DNA of 64,000 nucleotides from Psilocybe cubensis (Eukaryota): NCBI GenBank assembly GCA_017499595.2, contig CM038999.1, positions 310,001 to 374,000 of the forward strand, read 5' to 3'. Shown piece by piece: positions 51,559 to 64,000 of this stretch (position 1 is its first letter; each line of letters starts with the position of its first letter). The notes under the pieces were generated by a model. It saw only the letters and a program-made list of their open reading frames with translations, ran no database searches and was not told where the DNA came from. The position numbers and the translations under genes were made by a program.

Positions 51559-52203
51559 GAGAAAAAAGAGGCTCTCAAGCTACATCCCACAATTATTCTC
51601 AATTCTTCACCTCTCTAACTCTATCTTGATTTTTGTTGATGTAATCAGTATTGTATCATACATTCGTCACAGTGGCACTCATTTTAATACTTGTATTGAT
51701 ACGTGCAGGCATACTTCGTCAGAGTCACTTGGTTAATCTTTCATCGTTACCTGTTTCTATGGTCACTGCTTTATACCTTACTTGCATCCTATTTTTCGTT
51801 CTCTACTTTCGTATGATAAACGTAACAGTAGTGTGAATCACCCATATGTCCAACACTTAGTATTAAAGGGACGTCGATACTCGTTGGTCATTTAACGAAA
51901 TCCAAGATCTGAAAGGTTTCCAATAAGCAGACTCGAGCGAAAACAGCGTCACACACTGGCCGCCGAAAGCTCGTCGAGAACCTCCATTATCATATTCTCA
52001 TTTACCTGGCGTTGAACTGCTTTTCAGTCCCAAAAGGCATACAGAGAAACGTCCGAGGCATTAGTCTTGTTGGCCTCCTAACAATGTTAAAGATCGATTT
52101 GAGACGTTCGCTTGACGTCGCTGCTCAAGAAAAAGAAAAGAACCACGTACTAAAGAAATCAAAATGATAAAATAAATGAAAGTCGGCACCGTACTCCTCA
52201 GAA

Positions 52204-55200
52204 TTACACCTTCATACTAGCAACATCCCTCAACATCTCCCTCACCCTCGGGCGACTCATCACCTCTACCTTCTTCTGAGTCCGATTCTCACCCGCAAAA
52301 GCCAGAACAGCTTCCCCCCAACGCTCATAGCACTCCCCAACGCGCTCAAGCACATGGTCGATCAAAATCCTTGCCGTCCTCCCATCTCTATGCACACCTT
52401 CACCTCTATCTTGGTCTCTTCCATCAGCGTTGGGGTCAACGTCGACATCTGAAAGGTAGAGCCGAATCCGCGCAACATTACCGCGTAAATCTCGCTGCAC
52501 AGACTCCGCAAAGCGGGTATGCATCCCTCCTAGGTCTTCATCTGGTGTAACTGTGCCCGCCGCCGCGGTTCCTGTCGATGCATTACCCGCCCCAGAGGTG
52601 CTCGAGGATGAACCCGAGGAGGAAGTAGCAATCGACGTCGGCAGTGGCCTCGCACTCGAAGCCACAGTGACATTTTGTTTATCAGTCCATGTATCCAGGA
52701 TCGCACACACGGGACCTGCACAGGCCTCAATCGTGTCTTCGCATGCTTTGCGGAGTGCATGATCGATGTCCTAATTGAAATAAATAACGATGTAGGCTTC
52801 CAACTTCGCAAATGAAAGATGCAAACGAACGCACCAACTTAACACCTCGCATCCCTCCCTCGCCATCCGCACCGCCACCCCTGCTCACCCCCAAGGAGGC
52901 GAACAACCCTTCAGGGAGCAGCGACGTTGTCTTGCTAAGCATGTTGGTCAAGGTTTCTACATACATCACAATATAAATAGTAAATTAAAATCGCAAGGTG
53001 AGTAAATCAGTGAGATTGTAAATGAACGTGCTGATCAGAAACGTACCAGTGACTCCGAAATCCAAAGCTCTCGCACTGCCCAAGCTGGCCATACCTGAGC
53101 CCATCCCCATCCCAGTGGCTGGTGTTCGCACCGCACTACTGTGACTACCCTCCTCCCTCATCCGCACTTCCTCCAAACTCATATACACTTCCTTTAAAAT
53201 GAGGATATGTCTGACAAGGAACAACGCCCCATCCAACTTTCTATTGCTATTAGATGCCCCTGGTGAGGAGGGAGAGGGTGTTGTGGCAGTAGTGGAGGCA
53301 GCGATGAGCTCCGACGCATGGATGAGGGAGAGACGGCAGAACGTCAGAGCTTCTTGTGCGATATCATCAAATATCGCCGGCTAAAATTCATAAAAGTCAC
53401 ATATGAATAAAATGATCAATGGTCAAAGGATCTAATGCGTAAAAAAGAAGACGAACCTTCACGAAATCCCTCAACTGTCCTAACACCCAAACTGTCTTCC
53501 TTAGCGTCGGGTACCACGTCTCCTCATTATTTCTGCCATCTTTGTACTTGAATATCTGGTTCGTACTTTGCTTTTCGCTGAGCTCGGCAGGGTTTTGTTG
53601 GCGGTTGGCTGTGGCTATAAGTTTTGGGAGTGTGTAAGAAACAGGGATTGAAACAGCCAGCCAATGAAACCGCGTATAGATAAATATCCAAGAAACATAG
53701 CGCATATATGCACAAAATAAATATGTGTCACGCATATATAAACCGCAAAACCTCCACGCGACTCAAAAATTGAGAAGAAAAATAAAGTTGGACACTCACA
53801 AACCAAAATCCCAGGCCACCCATCCACATCCTCCTTCCCAGGTACAAAATACCGTATCTCGCTCTGAATCACCGCCTGAGCCTTGAAGAACAACCGCGTC
53901 TGCGCATCCTGCAGAACCATCCTGAGCAAAGTAGCGATGTGCAATCGCTTGGATATGCGTGCGGTGTTAGGCTTGGAGGCGTGCGTGTGCGAAAGGTGAG
54001 AGGGAGTAGGGGAGGGGGGAAGTGTGAGTTCGTCGGACCGTCGACGGCGCCGCCGTTGTGTTGATTGGGAACTACTTTCGTCTTCGCTATCTGAGGAATC
54101 GCCAGAGGAGGATGAATCTCTGGTAGTGGAAGTCGCGCTTGACGCAGAGGCTGGCACGCTTGTGGTGTCGAGCACCATCAACGCCTGCAACACCGTGCAG
54201 ACTTCACACAACACTGTCAAACGCGGCTCGTGCAGAATTCGAGGACGTAGGTCGTCGTACAATAGATCGCACAGAGTTTCCAGATACTGGCTACCCCAAA
54301 TATCAGCACAAAAGCGCATATTATCAGTAGTAGTATAACTCACTAAAGCGCGGTTTCTCCGGTAGAGAAAAATTCCCGATACAGTACCCACTCATCCCCA
54401 CATAAGGCTTTCAAATATCCACATCCCTCCCGCGTCAGCTCCACCAGCTCGCTCCTGCCCGGATCCAAGCCCCGAATTTCCTCCATCACCCGTGGCACAA
54501 GTAACGCTTTGCGAGTCGCCAGATACGCAGTGTGGCACTCCGCAAGCAAAGCGGAGAGCTCGTCGGGGTACGCCTGAGCACGGCGCTCAAGCTCACCAAG
54601 CAATGGTGCGACACGCGTAGATATGGACCGGAAGCGCGTGTAGAGTAGGTGGTGCTGGGCAGTCGGCGACGGATCCTCAGATAGGCGTTTTGATATCTCA
54701 GAGGAGAGCGCGCGCAATGAACCCACGAAGTTCATTTTGATAAGCGTCATTGCGCGCGTCATGCATTGTTGGAAGCGTAGTAGATACACCTCCGCCTCCC
54801 TATAATGTCTCTACCCAAAAATAAGCGCTTGATTTTTGAAAAATTGACAGAAGAAAACGTACATGCGATTTGAGGAAATCGATGCATATGTCGACGCGCT
54901 CAACCATATACAAAAAGTCAGTCTGGAAGATAAGCGACTCGCCCGGATGGTTCAACATCCTTGTCGCGTGTTCTAGCTCCTGGAAATACTCCAAATGCCC
55001 CTGAATATCTTCCACAATCTCTACCAACCGATCCCTTTCCTCCAATAGCCGCTCACATGCGTCCTTCAAACTCCTTCCACCGTCCTCGACACCGCGCCAT
55101 CCCTCCATCATTCGGTCCACCTCCGTGTCTACTTCACTGATGCGATCGAGGAGAAGGTCGCACACCTCCAAGTGCGAGCTCAGGGTGGCAACATGCGCGC

Positions 55201-55777
55201 GGTAGTGCGCTTCTTGGCTGTGTGCGACGCTCCGGTCAATCAACGCATACCAGTCATAGAACTGTTGTGCGGTCTGCACCGGCTGTGATGGGTGTAGTAG
55301 CGCATGTTCTGGGCGGTATAATGTGGCGTTGGGGGTAGATGAACGAGAAATAGGGCTCCCTGTTGAACCATCTTTTTGTAGGAGTCTATGCGCAATGTGA
55401 GTGGGTGTCCCGGGTTCAGGTTCACTGGCAAACTAGGCTAGGGTCTCATCGTACTGCAGGTTAAAGCAGAGTGAAGCGGCACGCACCTTCAGCGGAACGT
55501 CTCTCTCCCGCCGCTCCTCATTCCACTTCATCAGCCGGTTCACACTACGCAGCTGCAGCTCCGTCAGTGGTGTGTTGCGTTCCCATTCTTCCAAGCTGAC
55601 ATTGGCCCTCTGCCCCTGGTTAGCTGTGGAGGTTGATGTAGATGCTGCACCTGAGTTGGAAATGTTGATGCTAATTCCACTGGTGTTGTTGTTGTCGCTG
55701 AGATTCGATGTGGAGAGCGCAAGCGACGCGGGCGTCGTCCCGCGTCTCATGTTGCTCGAGAACGACGACGATGCCAT
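52204..55777 (-). CDS. COG3: Conserved oligomeric Golgi complex subunit 3 (Sec34)
   Basis: QQFYDWYALIDRSVAHSQEAHYR, LEYFQELEHATRMLNHPG, FQQCMTRAMTLIK, YDDLRPRILHE, RMVLQDAQTRLFFKAQ, ETWYPTL, DGALFLVRHILILKE; multi-exon. Confidence 0.92.
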
Positions 55778-56147
55778 TTAATAGATTGTTTTAACGGATG
55801 CGCTTATTCATAATCTAGTCGCTGAGAAACGATTCAAATGACTAGGTGAACAATCAAGCGAAAAAGTCGTGGCCGATGATGATTCAAAGAATAAATGGCT
55901 TGCCGCTTGTGCAGTCACGTATTTGTTTGGTCAAAGCGTCTATTCCAAGCTACGGATCTTGCCGACTTTTCAGATAAGATAACGACTTGCTTAGGTTCCA
56001 CACAGCGGCATATGCTGGCAGCTTTAACGTATTTCTATATCGCATATATGTGGGTATATTGAAGTTTTCCGATGATTTTGTTACATTTGAGCCAATACGA
56101 GTGTGCTGCTCTCTCCAGATCTCGACTTTGAGTGATTCTTTCCATCT

Positions 56148-56527
56148 TCAACTGCAAGTGGAGTCATCCTGACGGCGACGAGGGAAGGAACAATCATCTA
56201 TATATCATATATGTTTTAGCATGCCATGATATCACCTTTATACATCTAACATGGAGACACATACTATCTCTTGCCACAATAGCATTGGCTACATCTACAC
56301 CAGAATGAATGAGGTCAGTATGGTGTCCCGGGGGCATGTAGGTAGCTAGCAATTGGGAATGTTGCAGACGTACCAAGCCCTCGATTCTCGACTGCAATTG
56401 GACTCGCTGGAATAGCTGTTAGCGCAAAAGTCTCTCAGGGACATATTCATCAATCGTATGCCATACCAAGTATCAGTGGGGACACCCAGCACGCAATGAT
56501 CATAAATGCCATGTAGAAACGAGCCAT
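56148..56527 (-). CDS. Small secreted Cys-containing peptide, family member 2 (60 aa, 4 exons)
   Basis: Exons 56527-56467, 56415-56374, 56294-56265, 56197-56148, all GT-AG phase-1 introns: MARFYMAFMIIACWVSPLILAIPASPIAVENRGLDVANAIVARDNDCSFPRRRQDDSTCS; TATATAA ~100 bp upstream. Confidence 0.8.
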
Positions 56528-57526
56528 GATGATAACGCTGCCACTGATTTTAGTTGTATCTGTGGTTATGGGAGTAAGACTGGATACTACAGTGGGCAAT
56601 TAGCTTGCGAACTTCCGCGCCTTATATACCATATTCTATACTGACAATAAAGGCATCTCATCCCGAACTTCTACGACATTTTCGGGGATGATGTGATGTG
56701 ATAGGAGGCCTTTGAGCTGATGGAATCCCACTAAAGCGCGTGGAAGCATCCTCAGGAATAGCAAATCTTCTCGGTGAGCCAGTAATGTGGATGAGAGTAT
56801 CACTATCGGTGGCACTACTTGTGTATAATTAGGCCTACTATCGCGTTCGCAGGGAGTTTAAAATTAAAACAAACCATATTATTCTTATTAATAATACGCC
56901 AATGACCTGCATTTTGAATTGTCACTCGTGCGACTCCACTCCTGTATGGAAATGGAAGCTATATGTGAGAATTTTACCTTGATGGCTCGGATTCTGATTA
57001 ATTTCATGAAATTAATTATCCTCACCACTGTGGGGGGAAAGCAGGTCGGGGATAATGCCGGCGCCGTGAGCTATACCGATCTGACACGCTGGTTTTGAAT
57101 TTGTAAAGTCCGGTTGCACTTTCCGAAAATCTTCTAACTCCTACCTCTCTCGAAACGGGATTTTGACAATATGCTATCATGGAATGATCCCTCAATACAG
57201 AGGCTACGCTTTATTGGTATTCATCAATGGCGGGGCGTTGCAGCTCAACTCGGCAGGCCGCAGTAGCGCATTAGAGAAGAGCCAATAGTTGGAAAAGAGG
57301 TCACGCACTGGTTCATAAAGGCTGTGTGGATTTGACCATAGGGAAAGGGAAGGGACCCATCTCACCAAGAGATACATACTTCCCATCTCGGAGGGATGTA
57401 GGATCAAAAATAACTGTGTTTCATTTTTTTGCTGTATATTTTTTACTTATTTTTGAAGATTGATCTCAAGCGCTTCTATTGGCTTTCTCAGAAGCAGTAG
57501 TCCCATGTCGTCTGTATCACCATAGT

Positions 57527-57681
57527 TTATCTCTGCATCCTGAGACGCGATAGGACTCGCTGGAAAGCTGATAAATACCAACATGCATTGACCGCTACAT
57601 GCAGCTCATAGCAAACACACCTAATATCAGTGGGGACACCCAACACGCCAGAATCATAAAGGCCAAGTAGAAACGAGTCAT
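57527..57681 (-). pseudogene. Small secreted peptide family member 3, frameshifted at the start of exon 2 (may extend to ~57240)
   Basis: Exon 1 MTRFYLAFMILACWVSPLIL (61 nt, same intron position); exon 2 CT-TTCCAGCGAGTCC lacks one base relative to member 2 (CTATTCCAGCGAGTCC), giving an early TAA; same TATA context as member 2. Confidence 0.7.
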
Positions 57682-58383
57682 GGTAATGCTTAGAGCTCCT
57701 CACTGTGTTGGTTCTGAGTAGAAAGTTAAGTTGCTTTGTATCTGTATCGTTGTATCGTATATGTGCCTTATATACCATATATTTCGACCCGAAATTCAGG
57801 GGAATGGAGTGGATCTGAGATGAAATAAACCCCAGGAGACAGTGATAGTGATGGTGTTCCAAGGTACGAATTATATTCTTTTGTATCGCGCTCGAAGGTG
57901 TGTTATATAAAGTTACACAGTGTTCTAATGATAGTGGAAGGCTTGCAATAAGTACGTCACTCGGGAGGTGGAAGCCATCTGGGAAAGGGCTGGCAGACTT
58001 GAGCTATATAGAATCAAAGAAATCAAAGAGTACTTACTTGTATTTTTACACCCCATTGAGCTATTAAAGTTGAAACATCGGCTACAGGCTTAATTGGGCA
58101 GTGCCGGATAATACTGGGCAAGAAGGTCTGGATCAGTGCAATGAATTTTAAATAATCCTACCCTACATCAATAAAATAACCTACACGACCACAACTTTAT
58201 GGAGTAACTTGCCATTCTGTAGCTATGATATGTATCTCAGTCTGTATCAAACCTCAAGACCACAGCAGTGTAATTTGCTAATTGGGTGTAACAATACGTC
58301 ACTTGTAGAGGCTTGTATACGTACGTATGCTATAGATAAACAGAAGCTCTCATAAGTACGGATATGGATTTATAACCTTTACA

Positions 58384-58638
58384 CTATTTCCTAAGGCAAT
58401 CACCATCAGGTGGCCTGGAACAATCAATGTTAGTGAGTTCACACCCATCTTTCTCTCCAACCACTCCGCCTATTATCTTTAACAACAAGAACGCCACTTT
58501 ATCTGCAGTTGGTGATTCTTCGTATGTCTGGATCATGCCCGCCATAGCTCCTGACTCGTCACTGGCCCTACAATATTCATCTGTTTCAAGGATTAGTTGG
58601 CTAGCTAAGTCTCTCATTAAATCCCTAAAAATAGACAT
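58384..58638 (-). CDS. Possible small protein with Cys-rich C-terminus (CELTNIDCSRPPDGDCLRK); 5' structure unresolved
   Basis: 84-aa ORF, TATATAAGG near 58820 and splice-like signals upstream, but no clear signal-peptide exon. Confidence 0.3.
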   Translation of the reverse strand: MSIFRDLMRDLASQLILETDEYCRASDESGAMAGMIQTYEESPTADKVAFLLLKIIGGVVGEKDGCELTNIDCSRPPDGDCLRK

Positions 58639-59814
58639 GTAGGTACTAATGGCTCCCGGCGGGAAAAGCAGATGTAACTTGAAGGATGTTAACTAGTTGT
58701 TATGAGACCGTCGTGGTCGGAGTAACCATGCTGAACTCACCGCGTCAGTCGTTCTCAGAATGAATCTTTCAAGTAAATCAGTTCAAAGCGGCTCTACTGG
58801 ACTCGAACGGCGTGTTCCTTATATAAAAACTAATTGCGTGACCAGATATCGATGAAGTTATGGTGTTCATATGGATGAAGTTGGGCTGGCTGGATTTCTT
58901 GACAAGCTCGACTGGAACAAATTGACGGGTCCCATGGGGTACGTTAGCTAATCTCGGCTCCAGAACTTCAGGAACGGCTGACGGAGAATGAAATCGGAGT
59001 CAAAAACAACCTGAGTCTTTACCTGTTTTTTGCCTCCGACTTTAAACTCAGACTATTCGTGTCGGGCTTCTCTAGTGGGCCTCTCGGAGCCCATAACCAC
59101 TTCCGACTGGCAGAAGCGAAAGCCTGCAACTCAAGATCTCAGAACTTACGTTTATCCTTTGCAATGATCTCTCTCAAAGGGAAATATATTGCTTACTTCG
59201 CTGGAAAATGACTGCCCCTGGAATCATCTGCACCAGCATTCCAGCGAATCATTGATGTGTAGCAATGTCGACGAACTAGCTTCCAGGGCCAATTGAATCT
59301 CGTTTTCCCCGAACTCAAATTCTCATCAAACTTCAATGATTGGACTGGTCAATACCTACTAGTAATGTGCTCATTTTTTTACTTTTGCCGGTGTACGAAA
59401 CCGTGGTTTTTGATGTGCTCAACGTACCAATGGGCAGTGGGAGGTTGGTACATGAAGCAAACTCGGTGGTCTGGTGTCGTGTTTTCGTCCTTGGCCTGTC
59501 AATTCAGTCTCCGTCTTCGTGTATGCATTGGCTAGAGAATGTAAAACACTGGGGTACTGATGTCATCATCTTGGGTTGAACATTGCGTATGTTTGCGGTC
59601 AGCCAAAGATCGACCTGCGATCGGTATTCTGTTTTTTGGGGGTTATTCAAGCACGAGTCCCCAGAGGTGGCTGGCAAATCCTCCAAATAGTCCAAAATAC
59701 AAAGGACAGATAAAAGGTACCCTCTCTCCCTTCCCTTCTCTTCCTTATACCACAACTACCACAGCCAACTTCTCTCTCACATTTTTGAATAACAGCTAGC
59801 CTGCTCATCATCGC

Positions 59815-59980
59815 TCAAGTTCGTCAACATTATTGACGAATAACACTTCGCCTACTTTCAACAAGGCCGTCAACACTATTGAAGAATAACATCTCACCTA
59901 TTTTCAACAAGCTCGTGAACGCCATTGAAGAATAACATCTCGCCAACTCTCAACAAGCTCATTAACATTATCTACGAATA
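59815..59980. repeat. Degenerate 46-bp tandem repeat, about 3.5 copies
   Basis: Unit AACAAGGCCGTCAACACTATTGAAGAATAACATCTCACCTATTTTC and diverged copies. Confidence 0.8.
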
Positions 59981-60125
59981 TCAACACGCCTATCCGCCTC
60001 GCCGCCAAAATTCTGTACGAATAACATCGCGCCAACCTTGGATGCATCCTTTGTATCCAAGGTCTATAGGGGTGGGGCCCTACATTAGTAGGTCCCCTAC
60101 TCCCGACCCGGAGTTTAATATAGCA

Positions 60126-62276
60126 ATGGCAGCGGTTTTCATGGGACATCAACCACCCGTCAGGGTCCACAGGACATACCCTCGCCTTTCTAGCGCTGCT
60201 TTTAAACGTCTCGCCATTTTGATTTTGGCGGGCTGGGCAGTGAAGACAGCCCTCTCGAGCTACAGTGATGCTGTTTTCCCGAACTCGCCTTTTGGATTTC
60301 GCTCTCCAGAGTCCGAAGCTTCTTCAACTGGTGGATTCGTCGTCGTTCATCCCAAATCAAGCGCTTCGAGCACCGTCAACTATCGGAAAGGCTTCAAAGG
60401 CGGCGAGCAGAATTCTTTAGTCAACATTTCTGGTAAGTTTTCTCGCCCTCACCCTGTTAATGAGCTCTTGTAGCTGACTACCGTTGATTAACAGGTCAAC
60501 CCAATAATACCTTGATTAGTATGTCCCCTGGCATCGGCTCAATTATTTTCGGACCCCTCCTGGATATTTCTAGTAACAAAGAGTATAGCACCCAATTAGG
60601 TGAGTAGGCAAGGGTGTCATTGTCTATGCTTTGTTGACATCATCTCAAGGTACCAACGACACTACCTCACTCGGCGCCCCTGACATCCACAAACATTTCA
60701 TGGATATTACCCAAGCCTCTCTCGCTGATGTACACGTTGTCGACGCCGCATTCATTACCAAAGATATCGCGAAGTATATCACGTTCCAAACGGTTCTAGC
60801 CACACTACAACGCCTCAACTATTTCTCTGTTGACGAGTCCACCATGTACGATAGACTCGGTGGGTGCTTTGTTTCTAAGATTTTCTTTCTTATCTAAAGT
60901 AACAACAGATCATGGTGTCGATTCCCTAAGTCATAGAGGAGATCCCAACTCATGGAGCGTCGTTGTCTTTGCCCACCCTAGTATGTATCTAACCTGTTCA
61001 CACATCCCAACCCCTTTAATTAACGATAACATTTTATAGCCTCTCCATTTGTCAACACCCGCAATAATGAACCTTTCTTTGGTCAGACCAACAACGTCGT
61101 GATTGACATATCCCCTGGTATCGGCTCAAACATTTTCGGACCCCTTCTAGATATCCTTAGTAACGAAATGAATGGCATCCAACAATGTGAGTAGGAAAAG
61201 ACATATGCTTGTTAGTATACTTCTAATACCACCACCGCAAGTTTCCAGCGACGCAACCCCACTCTGCGGCGCTGCCATCTCCAAAGCATCCTCGCTCTTG
61301 TCCAATCTCACCGAAGCACACTTCATGGATGTTTCTCAAGCCTCAAACGCTGATGTATACGTTGTCGATGCCACAATTCCTATCCAATATCTCGCGAATC
61401 TCATGCAATTCCAAATGACTGTCGCTACACAAGAGTGCCTCAACCACTTCACTGTTGACGAGTCCACCATGCACGATAACCTCGGTCGGTGTTTCATTGG
61501 TCATATTAATTTTCCTGATCTAACGTAGCAACAGATCATGGTGTCGATTCCCTAAGTCTCAGAGGAGATCCCAAGTCATGGAGTGTCGTTGTCTTTGCCC
61601 ATCCTAGTGTGTATTTAACGTGTTTACATACCTCAATCTCTCATATTGACGACAATTCTATACAGCCTCTCCCTTTGTCTACCGAAGTAGCGCCTTCAGC
61701 GGGGAACACCTTTCTGTCAGTTCCCCTGCGCTACCTGTGGACGTCGGTCGAGATGAAATGGATGGATCAAGACAGCTTAGCAACATCGACTGGAATATTT
61801 ACATGGCATTTGGACTAGGACTCGTCGCACTTCTAAGCCTACTCTTCAGACACCTCCAATACACCGTCACAAAGCCACCGGCACCTGCACCCCGGCCAAC
61901 CTTGCAGTACATACGATATGACTCTCTTTCCAGCTTCGGTCGCATGCAAGAACAGAAGCTCGATACTCTATTCGAGTGTCGCTTCAGTGGATGCAAATTC
62001 GATCGATACATCGAGGTCTGGTACAGCAAGGTCACCATGGATTCTGTTAACAAGTTCCTCGCAAATGGCTGTCAATATTTGCCAGAGCAATGGGGACAAG
62101 GATTCTGGGCCATATTATCTTCTATTTTATCGGTAATTGCCGAGTTCATGGAGTGCTTTGTTATGCTTCTTTTCCTGGTGCACTCCTTCTATGGTCGATT
62201 TGAAGTTTATTTCATTGGGGTCTTTAAGGTGAGAGGGTTCACCATTGACCTGGGAACTATCTCATTTCGGCAATAG
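60126..62276 (+). CDS. Hypothetical multi-exon membrane protein with internally duplicated exons (integrity uncertain)
   Basis: Exons with GT-AG boundaries, hydrophobic segments (LAILILAGWAV; IYMAFGLGLVALLSLLF) and a repeated HFMD.SQAS.ADV.VVDA..LN.F.VDESTM.D.L module. Confidence 0.4.
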
Positions 62277-64000
62277 ATAATTGCAGTACTTCTGTTACTT
62301 GGTGGTGCATCGCTATATTTTAGGCAATTAACGACCGTCCAACGCCTCTTCAACGTCAATGGCAAGCGAAGGAAGAAACTACGCTTATCTTCTGTGTTGG
62401 CTATTCTATCGGTTATTGTCGAGTTCATGGAGTGCTTTCTTATACTTCTTTTCCTGGTGCACTCCTACTGTGGTCAATTTGAAGGTTATTTCATTGGGAT
62501 ATTTAAGGTGAGCGGGTTCATATTTTACCTAGGAACTATCTCATTTCGGCAATAGATAATCGCAGTACTTCTGTTACTTGGTGGTGCATTGCAATTTTTT
62601 AGGCAATTAACGGCCGTCCAACACCTCTTCAACGTCAATGGCAAGTGAACGAAGAAACGATGCAGACGTCATGGTATCTGTATGCGCCTTGTTCTTTGGG
62701 CACATCCTGAACGTCTCTATATTCCCGACGTCTTCAGATACACCTATCCGCACACGGTGAGAATCATCGACTTTGGCAGCAGTACAGGGGGTCAAGGGTT
62801 GAGAAACCCCCGGCATTCAGGCATTGTCTGAGGAGATGACTCGCTGTCGTGTTGTCGTCGTCTTGTCATGATAGTCACAAGCGCTTAGGTGCGTTTCTAA
62901 TTCCACAGCAACTGCTTAATTTTCATATTGATCTTCATTGGCTCTTCTTCTCAGGACACTCCTCGTACTATTCTTTTATCGCTTCTACCAGCAACATTAT
63001 CACCAGCATCGTTACCAAGCAATCATTATTAGCGATATCATTACCAGCATCATCATTCTAGATTTCATTTGGATGTTATCCAAGCCTCTCAAGTCGATGA
63101 GTACGGTGTCGACCCCACAAGTCCTACCAACTATCCCGCAAGTCTCATTCAAATCCAAATGACTGTCGCTACACAAGAGTGCCTCAACCACTTCACTGTT
63201 GACGAGTCCACCATGCACGATAACCTCGGTCGGTGTTTCATTGGTCATATTAATTTCCTTGATCTAACGTAGCAACAGATCATGGTGTCGATTCCCTAAG
63301 TCTCAGAGGAGATCCCAAGTCATGGAGTGTCGTTGTCTTTGCCCATCCTAGTGTGTATTTAACGTGTTTACATACCTCAATCTCTCATATTGACGACAAT
63401 TCTATACAGCCTCTCCCTTTGTCTACCGAAGTAGCGCCTTCAGCGGGGAACACCTTTCTGTCAGTTCCCCTGCGCTGCCTGTGTACATCGGTCGAGATGA
63501 AACGGATGGATCAAGACAACTCAGCAACATCAACTGGAAGATTTACACGGCATTTGGACTAGGACTCGTCGCACTTCTAAGCCTACTCTTCTGACACCTC
63601 CAATGCACCGTCACAAACCCACCAGCACCGGCAGACCGGCCAACCTTGCAGTACATACGATATGACTCTCTTTCCAGCTTCGGTCGCATGCAAGAACAGA
63701 AGCTCGATACTCTATTCGAGTGTCGCTTCAGTGGATGCAAATGCAATCGATACATCGAGGTCTCGGGCACATCCTGAACGTCTTTATATTCCCAACGACT
63801 TCAAGATACACCCATCCGCACTCGTAGAGCAGCATCGAAATTCCTCTCTTTCCAGCTTCGGTCGCATGCAAGAACAGAAGCTCGATACTCTATTCGAGTG
63901 TCGCTTCAGTGGATGCAAATGCAATCGATGCATCGAAGTCTCGGGCACATCCTGAACGTCTTTATATTCCCGACGTCTTCAAGATACACCCATCCGCACT
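60480..64000. repeat. Nested local duplications
   Basis: ~61411-62019 nearly identical to ~63155-63763; ~60695-61050 is an older copy of part of it; ~62120-62370 vs ~62400-62648; ~63664-63822 vs ~63843-64000; ~60495-60610 vs ~61080-61195. Confidence 0.9.

Noticed and set aside
51199-56527. Small peptides as mating pheromone precursors or hydrophobins
   Set aside because: They carry signal peptides and lack a C-terminal CaaX; the Cys number and spacing do not fit the 8-Cys hydrophobin pattern
59815-59980. 46-bp repeats as a CRISPR-like array or repeated peptide cores
   Set aside because: Eukaryotic context, no unique spacers, unit not a multiple of 3, and a stop codon in the repeated peptide frame

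Overview
Intron-rich genomic DNA from a mushroom-forming basidiomycete (Agaricomycete, probably Agaricales; judged from the short introns and the gene families present). Left half (1-32.7 kb): an accessory oxidative/defence region with a tyrosinase running off the left edge, an F-box gene and its decayed paralog, three secreted BBE-like/AA7 FAD oxidases, a NACHT NLR, a 7TM protein, a type II flavin monooxygenase, a stand-alone tyrosinase C-terminal domain, a But2-domain protein and a head-to-head pair of DUF3328/UstYa-like oxidases. A second 7TM gene is split by a ~16.6 kb insertion (32718-49320) flanked by a 14-bp direct repeat. The insertion is a KDZ (Kyakuja-Dileera-Zisupton) transposon with ~0.53 kb TIRs, carrying a CxC2-KDZ transposase, a TET/JBP dioxygenase and three further cargo genes; a complete pogo/Fot1 element is nested in its left TIR. 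Right part: COG3, flanked by a family of tiny multi-exon secreted peptide genes that the ORF track misses (conserved 20-aa signal exon, hypervariable Cys-containing C-termini), then a locus rearranged by local duplications. The most novel candidate is the peptide family lying next to the DUF3328 pair/But2/FMO/7TM genes, a possible RiPP or peptide-signalling system; that link is inference. All exon structures were read by eye, internal boundaries are approximate, and no database searches were run.
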